Below, one piece after another: positions 53,341-64,000 of a stretch of 64,000 nucleotides of DNA. Location: assembly GCA_012026655.1 (NCBI GenBank), contig JAAILG010000053.1:62001-126000 (forward strand). Direction: 5' to 3'. The first letter of the stretch is position 1, and every line of letters begins with the position of its first letter. A program made the position numbers and the translations under genes. The DNA is from Hydrolagus affinis. Taxonomy: Eukaryota. The notes under the pieces were generated by a model. That model saw nothing but the letters and a program-made list of their open reading frames with translations, made no database searches and was not told the DNA's origin.

Positions 53341-54096
53341 AAGGCTTATCAGCGCCCTTAGATTCTCGGCATTTTAAACTCTAACCCCTCACGCCACCAC
53401 CCCTTGACCCATATACAAGGCCGAAGCAAGCCTACACCAATACAAACGATACACAAGTACATTCATATTCATTCCTTCACTGTCCTCCACCCTCCACACA
53501 CACTCACACGGTTGCATCAGTGTGCACGTAAACACCAGCACACATTTTACAGTGTGCCTTCTAAGTCCTAGTTTGCTCATGTGCCGTGATAACGGCACAG
53601 ACTCCAAGCTACAGTGAAGCGGCCTCCACGTAGGCGAAGGGAAATCACTCCTCCTTTTATTTTCGCTTCCAATTTCATTGATTCCTATCCAATTTCATTG
53701 ATTCCTATCCATCGATTGTTAGCATCAATAAGCTGCCATATCCCTCCCTCACTTGCCTGGCGACTTGTGTTAAAAAAATGCCCCGGGGGTGGGAGTGGGG
53801 AGTGGGGAGAGGGGAGTGGGGTGGGTTGAGGGGTTGTTTGCAGTCGACTATTTATTGGTCTTCAATTGTATAAACCAGACGCTATTAGAGGTGTGAAGTC
53901 CAGGCGGATTTAGCTCATGTTATGCCTGTGTTTAGCTCTGTAATGATTGTTCCCAAGCTTATATTAAATCACTTCCCTTTTTTTGTCATCTACAAGAAAG
54001 AAAAACGCGACTTGTTCAGTGCCGGCGCAACACGTTATTTTTCGCATACTTTTGTTTTACTCAGGGCGGAATCTTTCTGTTGTTGAAAGCACATAG

Positions 54097-54111
54097 TTTA
54101 TTAAATTTATT
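54097..54111 (-). terminator. Candidate hoxb13 polyadenylation signals (two AATAAA)
   Basis: TTTATT on the plus strand at 54097-54102 and 54106-54111, about 1 kb after the stop codon. Confidence 0.4.
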
Positions 54112-55077
54112 GTAATAGTTTGAAGCGAGATTTGTGAGTGCCGTTGAATTTCTCACAAATTCTCTCTGTCCACAGTTTAAAACTCCCTTTATGATGTAGA
54201 TATATATATATATACTGTAAATCTGCATTGAACAATTAATTATATGTCAACAAGAGATGCAAGTAGATATTTAACTATTTGAGACAGGTTTGCGGGGTGT
54301 CCAGCAATACATGTATGTATATATATTATATATATATATATATATGCATTGTTACGTATATATAGTGCAATTGTGAACTAAAACAATTCACATAACAACG
54401 TGTCTCGGCGAGATAGGTCGCTTGTCCTTTTCATTAACATGTTTGCTTTTGAGGAAAAAATGGTGATAATTATTTTACGTATCTTTCCTATTCGCAACTT
54501 GCCATGAAAACCCTAATGTGATTTTGGTAAGATCTGAATGCCTGGAATCCAAATGTTCTGCAATTTTTCAATCAAATTAGTAGAGTCACAAACGTGTTCT
54601 TATTTTTGTTTCATTTATTACGTGAGCCCCTAACCTGGTGTAGTAGTTTCAAATAACGTTGATGCGATATATATTGCAGCCTTGCCTTTTATAGTGAACG
54701 GATTTTAATTCATTCCCCAGACACAAAAAAATAAAAAGAGCAACTACACCAATAAAACACACATTGCATAACGTCACTACACACAAACAATTGATAATAA
54801 ACTGCGGTGTTGGTATAGATACAGGTTCGTTATAGTTATATTTACATTTTGTCCATTCACTTAGTCCATTTAATGGTATTCATTCACAAATCTCCTGTTG
54901 CAGTACTAAAAATGAAAATAGAGGACGTATCAGCATTTTGCAGACAAAGACACGGCGAAAGACGCGTTTGCACTGTAAGCTTGCAGTATTTGGTAATTGT
55001 CTCTCTTTATACCTGCGGTAAGCGCCAGCTGAACAGTACAGTACGATTCATTTTCCTTCTCCAGATTTTTCTCCCAC

Positions 55078-55325
55078 TTAAGTCGTGTTGCTCTTTACTT
55101 TGGCCACGATTTTCTTTTCTTTGACCCTCCTGTTCTGAAACCAGATGGTGATCTGTCGTTCGCTGAGATTCGTAGCTGCCGAAATCTTCCTTCTCTTGTC
55201 TTTTGTGATAAATTTGTTGGTTCCGTATTCCCTCTCCAGTTCTTTGAGTTGAACTTTTGTGTAAGGGATTCTTTTCTTCCTTCCACGGCGAAATTGACCA
55301 CCGTCCTGTTGGTGACCCACCACAT
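55078..55325 (-). CDS. hoxb13: Hoxb13 exon 2 (homeodomain)
   Basis: Reads [83 protein letters not shown] and AKVK are HOXB13-type residues. The acceptor is tandem CAGCAG (55331-55326). TAA at 55080-55078. Confidence 0.95.
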
Positions 55326-55659
55326 CTGCTGTGTGTAGGTTAGCCACGCAAAGAAAGACACATTAAAAAAAACTCATAGTAATTAAATTTTTTTTAACAG
55401 TATCTTTACCTTTTATAAACTCCCAGGGTTTAAAATTTAAAACAAAAAACGATTTGTTTCAAAATACAAATTTTCCGTTAGCGCTGCCACACGTATAACT
55501 ACCATACTGCAAGCTGCACTCGGCATATTTTCAGAAATAATTTCTGTTGCTGTTGATACCGATTTATTTTCACAACAAACAGGAGGAAGCGTGCGCCGAT
55601 CAGCGCCCGAGATCACGTTTCTTTACTACGAAATAACACAGAATCCGATTAATTATTAC

Positions 55660-56335
55660 CTGCCAATGGGGACTTCCAGAGGTGAGCCGGCTGTGTTTGT
55701 TCTTTACAGTACATCTGGCTGTTCCATCCATTGAGGGCCCAAGGCTGGTAGCTGTCCATAGGTAACAAAGCCTCGTGCCTCGGCTCTCCTGCCCCACTAA
55801 TGGTCTGCACTACCGAAACGTCCAAATAACTTGGCATGGGCTGGTACGGGCCGGCGTAGCCGTGGTAAAAGGCGAATTCCTTAGCCCGGCCTGGGTAGTC
55901 ATCGGTGGGCACTGGAGTGTCCATATATTTGTCTCCCGGATAATTCGACAAGGCGGCAGGCTGGGTGCAAGACTTAATGGGACCTCGACCCATTCGGCAC
56001 GAGTAGTAACCGCTGCCGAAATAACCGTATGGCAAAGGGGCGGCGGGAGAGCCCTGGGGAAGGGGCGGGCAAGGGGCACATTGCTTACCGGGCTCCCCTA
56101 CCCCAGAACCGGACATATCGATCGTGGAGTAACCGGAGCCATGAACCAAAGGTGCGGGGTGTCCTCCCAGCGCCGAGTGAGCCATCAGATTCCTGCATTG
56201 ATTCGCGGAGAAATTCCCAGTGTTGACGAATCCTTCCATTACCCCGCTATTCTTTTTAATCTCATTCAAGTTATTATCATACACGAACATCACAGAGTCG
56301 ACCCAACGTGGCTTGAGAACCAGTGAAACTGTCAT
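55660..56335 (-). CDS. hoxb13: Hoxb13 exon 1
   Basis: Starts [21 protein letters not shown] (Hox13 N-terminal motif). Contains [36 protein letters not shown] and GWNSQMYC. Donor CAG|GTAATA at 55660/55659 is phase 1. Intron 334 bp, protein 307 aa. Confidence 0.94.
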
Positions 56336-56349
56336 ATCACGTCCAGCAT
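56332..56349 (-). promoter_or_regulatory. 5-codon uORF (MLDVI*) whose stop overlaps the hoxb13 ATG
   Basis: ATG CTG GAC GTG ATA TGA; the ATGA overlap is at 56335-56332. Confidence 0.6.
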
Positions 56350-59300
56350 TGGATCTATGGTTTCTTTTAAGAGACTGTAGACGAGAAAGCGATACAGAAT
56401 TTCTTCCAGTGAACAACACTGACGTACTCACCCAGGTTAAAGCAACACGCTCCCTCACTGGCTCCTGGTTGTTCACGTGATATGCAAAGCACTTAATAAA
56501 CCCCAAATACAGAATTGCGAAAGAGAGAGAGAAAAGTTTCATTGCCAGCGAGAAATCCCTAGGCGGCACGTGTTCATTACAGGGAATTGCATGGAGGAAC
56601 TATATCAAACAACAGGCTACGATATATCAATTAAACACACACATGAAATGAACCTAATTTTCCATGCCAGGAAAATCCGGGCATGAAGTTCATTTAATAT
56701 GTCCATTGCATAATCCATCCTTTATCTGATTAAATTTACAAAGACTTGTTTCCACGGTTGAACGTGAATTGAGTTCCCGCTCGCGTTCTTTTTCGACTAT
56801 TATCTATTATCCCCCATCGCTATTTTAGTTAGTTTGAGCTCCATTTCAGCCTCTTTTCTTCACACAGGTCATTAATGTGAAAAGTAAAACCACAAGCAAA
56901 GCTTTTCGGTGAAAGAACACATGTTAAAAACACCGCACACGCACAAAACAACAACACCAAGAGCAGGCCTGCGGTGATTACGTTATTTTGTCTGTGTTTG
57001 AGATGTCATGTGTTTGTTGGCTATTTCTACCAGTCCTTTTCATTACCTTCGTGAGACTGTTTTAAGTTTTGATGCGGGTCTGAAGACACCGAAAATAATA
57101 CGTTGCTCGATGGGATTTGAAATAAGCATTTTCCACAATGAAAAGTTACAAATGTTGGAATATACCAGTGTATTTCCAAGGAGCGCTGAATGCCAATTAT
57201 ATAATACCATAACCACAACGTATCAACTTAAATGTCCAAACAGTGGCTAAGGTGTATTGCTCTCCATAAAACCTCTTCGATGTTTTAATTTTTCACGTAT
57301 GTTACAATACAGTATACCTAGAAGGAAATCTGTACTATATATAAATTATACATCTCAACACTATTGTGATTTTCCTGTGATATTTATACCTCCGGTTACA
57401 CCAGTGAACTTTCATTATGTTGTCAACAAACCGATTGTACTCAATAAAGTCTTAGTAATTGACAGAGAGATTTATATCAGGTTTTGATGTTCTACTATGA
57501 TTATATTAAAGTCGTGTTAGCTTTTACTCTCGAATATTTAACAGGGTTACCCTAACGGTCCCTTACACACACAAAAAAAAGCAATTTCTTTCTATTTTCC
57601 TATCCGATACTTATTTGCAAATTGGATGCTTTTCTCTCTTTAATTGGATTGAGTCACGTTGGAGTAGTTAGTTCAGAAGCCATTTAGTTTCTCAACTATG
57701 CCAACTGCATGGATATCACTATTCGCCTGATTACTTTCACATACATTTTCATTTAACTATAGTTCAAATATATATGGTTGTGATTATTACAATGTAAAAT
57801 ATATAGATTCAAAATGCACTCCCTTTAAGTCCAATATTTTATCGCTACTCCTTTATCAGAAACTAATGTGATTCTATCCAAATTTCTCAGGATACGTTTA
57901 TAAATGCTGCTATGTGGCTACACTGCCAAGTAGGCTGTGCTTCAATGTTAACTGGTTTAATTTCCAAATTAACTCACATTTAACCATGGAGATTTTGATT
58001 GAATATTGGTCATTAAAAAAAAGAAAATTTAAAAGACATTCGAATCAGCCCTTTCACTTGATTGATGTGGTTGAAGAGTGTAAGACAATAATATTTGTTA
58101 ACTTGTAACCAAGATACACTTATTATTCTTTCAAAATGCTTGGAGATTATCTTGCTTTTAGAATATCGCAGAGTGAATCCATTAGTAAGAAATATACATT
58201 TTGGATAAGCCCTATGTGCTTAGTTGGCATAGTACACCTTGGAAGAATGAACGAGTATTTTATTGATGACGATAGAACAATGTGCGGTACTTATGCAAAC
58301 GTTAGATAACGAGAGCATCAAATAAAGACAAATGTGGTGACGTTTGGAGATAATGCTGCTTCGGGTTGAGCAGGAAAGACAGAAGAGAGTGTAATTGGAC
58401 AATTGTACATTTTACAACTAAATTCGGACAGTCAGTTGGTTCAGTAGCGTTGAGTAAGTTATGATGTTGAGACAATATTTTACATGTATAAATGCATCAA
58501 TTCCACAATCCTGAGAACGAATACACCGATTAATGCCTCCTCTTGAATGGTAAATGAACAGCAATTAAAAATGTCCAGTCCTACTTATTTTTCCAATTGC
58601 TACACAAACCCCGTGCCGCCTAATGGATTTTCCATTAAGACCACCCCAATAAAATGATGCATATGCATTAACATGCCAATAACACTACATGGAAAAGATT
58701 ACGACTAGAAATAAACTATTGAAGTAGGATATTTAAAATATATACATTATATATTTTTAAAACCATGAACAACATATGAAGCGAAATTTCACGAAAGTAC
58801 CCATCATAAGGCTGTGCAAGTATATCTTGAAATAATTATTTTATTAACAGCAAGCTCTAACTCGGTCTCTTTTAACTACTTTAAGAGATTTGGGATGATC
58901 CAATACCTTGAATATCCCCGTATCTTATTGTACTTTTGCTTCTGATGAGGAATGGGGCAAAATACCAAACCAGACTTACTCTGGCCTGGGCTGTGCCACT
59001 AAACTGCTTTGTTTTATTAAAAATAGCCTTATCAAAGAAATCACAAGTAAACTGTTCAGTAGACCTTTACTTCTCTGAGGAATTCCACGTGTCTTTCGGT
59101 ATATAAATGTAATGTGTTTTTGTTGTTGTTAGCCTACTTCTTATCATTACAGTGTGAAAAACTCAGAGGACCTCGGTGTGTCACGTTTTTAGCTGTTATT
59201 GTTCACCCTTTTCCCCACCAAGTTACACATTGAATATCCGAGAATAAAATATGTTGATTTCCACTCCACATTAACGATTAATGTTAATCAATCATTACTG

Positions 59301-59484
59301 TGGACAACGAAAGTTCCAACCTTAAATTGAGGACTGTGATTAGACTGTGGTTAGTAGAAGGTTGAGGGACGGGTTCTGGTGGTGGTGGGAGGGGGATGGC
59401 TTATGCGGGAGAAAGTTACGCCGAACTTGAGACAGAGGCAATTTAACACAGAGTGGCCTTTTTTACATACGGTTCAGACACGGC

Positions 59485-59505
59485 TGAAGGCCAAGGTCAA
59501 GGTTA
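59485..59505 (+). promoter_or_regulatory. Triple DR0 nuclear-receptor element
   Basis: TGA-AGGCCA-AGGTCA-AGGTTA. Confidence 0.45.
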
Positions 59506-59603
59506 CAGCTAAGAGTCTAGTCACTATGAGGCCTGTCATTCAGGTCCTTTTACAGTCCTGTCTGAGCCGCATCAAAACAAAACCCTTTGTCGCTTCAGTG
59601 ATT

Positions 59604-59644
59604 CTTTTCTTAGCTCAGACAACGATTCGGAAGCCAATAATGAC
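59604..59644 (-). pseudogene. Possible Hox14 last-exon (helix 3) relic
   Basis: GTC ATT AT TGG CTT CCG AAT CGT TGT CTG AGC TAA GAA AAG resembles VKIWFQNQRQKEKK, mostly by single-base codon changes. Order and strand are correct relative to 60971-61089. Confidence 0.35.
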
Positions 59645-60043
59645 CATCTTGCAGGAATCGCGGACCAGTGCGAGACACATTGGTAAAACAAGCCCTTTTT
59701 TGAAAAACAAAAACAGTTTACAAATGATTTTATACACTGAGGTTTGACCATGACACTGGGTATCAGCGGATCAGCATTTGCAAACCCCAAAGTATGAAAT
59801 ATCACGAATAAGACTTTTATTCACAACACCGTTTCTGGCTCCAAACTATAAAAATTATTAAAGAAATGTCATTGGTGTTCATGCAGTTTGAGAATTCTAT
59901 CGCATGCACAATATTAAGGGCACGTTATAGCTGCATCTAAATGTGTTTCACACCAATCTGCCGACGAGACATAGCTGAGCCAATGCACCAGCCTGACTGA
60001 AGTCCTGTCTGTTAAAACTTCAAGATATGAAACCTAAGACAGA

Positions 60044-60064
60044 AGAGAGAGAGAGAGAGAGAGA
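60044..60064. repeat. (AG)n microsatellite
   Basis: Seen directly. Confidence 0.9.
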
Positions 60065-60970
60065 AAAACAGCACTGATGTTTTTCAGTCATTCACTCAGG
60101 TACTGCCGACATTTTAATGTATCCTTACTTTTATTTTTGCGTGTGATGTATGTACGGTTCGGGTATAAATGTGTGCACTGTCAATGGCATGAGCCATTTG
60201 CGAATGTCTCAGTGTGTGTAAAGGAGTATATTTCTCTATGCTAGCTCCTTGCTAATTAATTATTGAATCAATTGTTGTACTGTCTTTGGGACACGATTAT
60301 TTGTGTTAGCAACTAACCGATAAGTGTGAGGTGAAATTGCTTAACGTGAAAACTTGATTTTTCCCAACGTTGCTTAGGAAGTTGGATCATGGCAATTTGC
60401 AATTGAAACTCAGAAAGGGTTAACAACGTAGCTGAAAAATGAAAGCACCCTTTTCCCATTGATAAATCACCCTCCATAACGCCGAATCACTGTTATAGTG
60501 CAGTTAATAACGAAATCTGGGAATGATCATCCAGCAAAAAATTGGCCTTTTTTTTCTTTTTTAGAAAAAGGTTTAGTTAGATGCATAATCTTATATATGC
60601 TTCGTGTTATAAATCCCGGTCTAAAGCCAGTTAATAGGCCCAATACTGTACACCAGTTAGATTGGAGTGGGGGCACATTGATATACGTTCTTCATTTTTT
60701 TGTCATGAAATGCGTTTTAATGTCGGCTTTCAAATTTAGAAAACGTGCCCGAACGCTCATCATAAACGACCCAGCTATACAACACAAACTAAATATTTGT
60801 TTCTATAAATAGACATCATGTCTCTTCCCCCAATGTCTGCTGCCGACATTTAACAGTTCTTTAGACTGGGCGGTTAGATTTATATATTGATATATACGAA
60901 ATCGAAAGCATCGGGTATCGAAAGCTGTTTGTGAAAAATATTCCAAGGAAGAAAAGAAAAACAAAATCAC

Positions 60971-61089
60971 CTGGTTTATAACCTATTCGATGCGACGTCG
61001 GGTGTTGACTCTAATGAGAATCTACAGAACCTCGACTGTTTGGTTATATTCTGCTGTCTGGTAGGAGAGCTCTTTGTGCCCAATTGCCC
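60971..61089 (-). pseudogene. Probable Hox14-type homeobox 5-prime exon relic (putative hoxb14 pseudogene)
   Basis: KSSPTRQQNITKQSRFCRFSLESTPDVASN aligns ungapped to remembered Hox14 KRIPYSKQQITELERAFEENRFLTPEIRQN (9/30 identities plus D/E and V/I). It is bounded by an AG acceptor and a CAG|GTGATT donor, as expected for the Hox14 intron after homeodomain Q44. It carries an in-frame TAA. Confidence 0.5.
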
Positions 61090-61815
61090 CTGTAAATGAT
61101 TTAGTTTCCAATAGTAAACATAGAGGCTTTGCCCGACTATTAGACTTGGTGGAAAGTTGCTCATTGAAAAATAAATTGATGCAAAATTAATAAGTAAGTA
61201 TTTGTAGAGATTGAAATCTGCGCCATTATTATCAGTATGCAGTTGAACTGCCTCAATATGTACAAAGAATAAGGCCACGTTTTGCTCCTTAATCTCCTAA
61301 TCTCCATAATATATTTGTTGATATACGTGAATATGCGAGGTTTAAATATGCTCTATATTCTTACAAAAGGGTACAATCACTAGACCAAATTGATAGGTGT
61401 ATTTCTGAATACATATTTAAAAATACATACATTTCAATAATATTTTTCTGAAGCAATTCATTTGTTTAATTCGTGCTTGCTTCGGTTTCAATCCTTTTCA
61501 GATCTATTATAATATGTTGTATATCATTTACTAAAATATCTATTTCAACGCAATAATTCACATTTTGCTCCATTCAAAGTCAAGTGGCTGCAAAGTCAAG
61601 AATATGTAAATAAATGTAATCTTTTTAAAATATAAAAATTAATTTAACGATGAACCCAAATACCTTATTTTTAAAATAAATGTTTCAGTATCATTGAACT
61701 CCAGCCCGAACCACCCCTAGAAGACAAATTAGGTAACTGGCGCATTGGCCAACAATTAGAATACCTTCTAATATTAGATTTTTAAAAACTCGATATATTT
61801 TAATATATTTTATAA

Positions 61816-62113
61816 GGGCGAAACTTTAGGCAAGTTTTCGTATTCCCCACTCCTCAGCTTTCCTAGCAGTGAGTAGGAACCCAGTTGTTAATTAATTGTC
61901 GGATCGCTTTCTTGGGATAATAATCCCTTCAAAAAGAAAATTGGTCGCTCAATCCATGACTGTATGTGAGACACCGCTGTGCCCAATTGGCGGGCGAGTT
62001 TCCCCACAAAATGCACAGTCAATCCACTTTGAAGTATACTCTGTGAAGCGCTTTCAGAAGTAAGTCTCAACGACTTGATGAGATCAAATGCAAGGATGAT
62101 GATTATTATTATT
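61816..62113 (+). mobile_element. tRNA-derived SINE, 5-prime truncated
   Basis: AGGGCGAAACTTTAGGCAAGTTTT...CTGTGAAGCGCTTT...ATCAAATGCAAGGATGATGATTATT. Confidence 0.8.
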
Positions 62114-63109
62114 AATTATGGAACGGAATTGAGTTAACACAATATTCCTGACCAAGTGAAATAGATTTCATGTAAATTGACTTAGAAATGGAAATTCCGT
62201 CGTTAATGGCTGATGCACTCAATCCAGCAAATTGCTGAAATATCGATTACTCAGTATTCTAGCCTGAGTATATCCCGCTTGTTGGCATATCACTGCAAAT
62301 AAAAACAACCAACCGTATATCATGATTTATTTCCTGCCTCTATTTCACTGAAGTTTCTCTGCAAAACACGTTTACATTTTCGTAGCAAATAGGTTTGACT
62401 GACAGGGGAAACAGATTGCTTCAAGTAGAAGAGCAGCAATTGCGATCCAATTTCCAGTTGCATTTCATTTTCCAGTACATTCTCTTCAACTGAATTGATG
62501 CCTTTTAACGAAAAGGTCCAAATGATCGTATGATCTGTAAACTTCGTGTACTTTGTATTTAACTTTAAATGTATTTAACTCCAAGGGCAAAATCAGCAAA
62601 TAGACCCATAAATAGATGCAATAAATGAAATGGCCTTGGCCATTATATAATTTGCTGATTATTCGTGTCGTGCTCACAGGCAGTTCAATAACTGTGTGTA
62701 ACTGCGCTGGCTAACTTATGATAATTACCAAAGATGCCAAGTGTCACATGACATAATGCATATCCCTTTCAGTGATGAATAGAACGATATAAAAAAAACT
62801 TAGTAGACGAGGCAAAGGTTGTACAAATCTGTCCACCTAAATATCATAAATAATACTTCTGGAGCACAAATGGTATTTTCCCACAGTTATTAAAGAATTT
62901 CCGTATTGGTGCATCGCGTGTTTATTCAAAGAAAGGCATATTCTAGGGTTTTACAATTCTATTTTACAATATTCAGAGTAAGGATCATAAGGAATATTCC
63001 TTTCGCGTTTACATAAACCTACCATACAGCCTCGTATTTTCCCAAATATATGTTTGTTCGATTATCGAATGGTTTATTGGAAATAAAAAGGGAAACATGC
63101 ATACAAGGG

Positions 63110-63190
63110 ATAATAATTATAATCATTGCATTTAATGTAACGCTTTTCATGTCTCCTAGATATCTCAAAGCGCTTTACGGAATATACTAG
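63110..63190 (-). mobile_element. SINE tail fragment
   Basis: TTGCATTTAATGTAACGCTTTTCATGTCTCCTAGATATCTCAAAGCGCTT. Confidence 0.7.
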
Positions 63191-63470
63191 ACAAGGAGAA
63201 AGGAAAAGGCGAGTGTGAAAAAAAGGGGAAAAGTGAATTAGGGAGACAGACAATGAAAGAGAGTATAAAAAGAGAAAGTCAGACATACAGAGTGTGACAA
63301 AGAGAGCCAGTGTATGTGTGTGAGAGAGAGAAAAGGCGTGTGAGCTCTACCATACCCAGATTTGCTGGGGCTGTAGGTGGTTTCTGTTTACATTTGAACA
63401 CCCAATCACATCGTTTTGTGTGACTCGCCAATCAAATGGTCAAATAGATTTGGGGGCCAGACAGCGCTTT

Positions 63471-63485
63471 TGACCTTGAACTTGG
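63471..63485 (-). promoter_or_regulatory. Perfect DR0 element
   Basis: Reverse complement is CCA-AGTTCA-AGGTCA. Confidence 0.55.
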
Positions 63486-64000
63486 CTTCTAACAACTCTG
63501 AGCTTCCCAGTACTGATCGCAGATGCAGCATTATATCCATATGTGGAGAAAATATATACGAATATGCATATCTTTCACGTTAATAAAGTAGCGAGAAGGC
63601 CGATTGAAACTATCTGTGAACCCAAGCCTGTATACAGCATATGCTCTTAAACGATGTGCATATTTAACGTACATTATTCAGAGCACAGATGAGATATGTG
63701 GGTGTATGTCATCACGCAATATGGCGCGCAAGTCGATTCCCTTCCCCTTCCTTTTGCTCAGCGACTAACCCAGTCTTTGTCAAGCGCTCCGAGTTATTAT
63801 CCTGCGTTAATGGCGCTATATAAATGCAAGTTGTTGTTGATATTGTTGTTTATTGCACATACATGCATTAACGGTTTATAGAAGGAATGCTTTAAATCTC
63901 TGTCTGTCTGCTGGTATGCTAACTCCCCTCACACAAAGCAGCCAATGTTTGTTAGGTTGAATGAAACCCCACCCTGTTGTCTGGTAAATACGTGCTATGT

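Noticed and set aside
55775-56326. 183-aa plus-strand ORF
   Set aside because: Antisense shadow of GC-rich hoxb13 exon 1 with no independent coding signal.
56543-56569. ORF-track start of hoxb13 at 56569
   Set aside because: It is a GTG start from the ORF caller. Conserved Hox13 sequence begins at the ATG at 56335.
1-64000. CRISPR array, rRNA or prokaryotic operon-like systems; the remaining short ORFs
   Set aside because: The window is intron-containing vertebrate DNA. There are no regularly spaced repeats or rRNA motifs, and the other 60-120 aa ORFs show no recognisable protein similarity.

Overview
This is vertebrate genomic DNA: the posterior end of a HoxB cluster, transcribed on the minus strand. 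The gene complement (hoxb10 plus hoxb13) and the repeat families suggest a cartilaginous fish, possibly a chimaera; this is inference. Two intact two-exon genes are present: hoxb10 (7343-6614 + 2183-1912, 333 aa) and hoxb13 (56335-55660 + 55325-55078, 307 aa). They are separated by about 47.7 kb rich in tRNA-derived SINEs and L2/CR1 fragments. The main hidden signal is a set of decayed Hox relics in collinear order and orientation. These are a convincing Hox11-type pseudogene (exon 1 motifs at 22066-22353, degenerate homeobox at 21266-21467), a probable Hox14-type relic upstream of hoxb13 (60971-61089 and 59604-59644) and a weak Hox12-type candidate (24949-25102). Further observations are four DR0 nuclear-receptor (NR6A1/GCNF-type) elements bracketing hoxb13, a 5-codon uORF overlapping the hoxb13 ATG, a NAGNAG acceptor, apparent sequence transfer between inverted SINEs, and a Deu-domain-type SINE. 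All homology calls were made by eye against remembered consensus sequences and need alignment.
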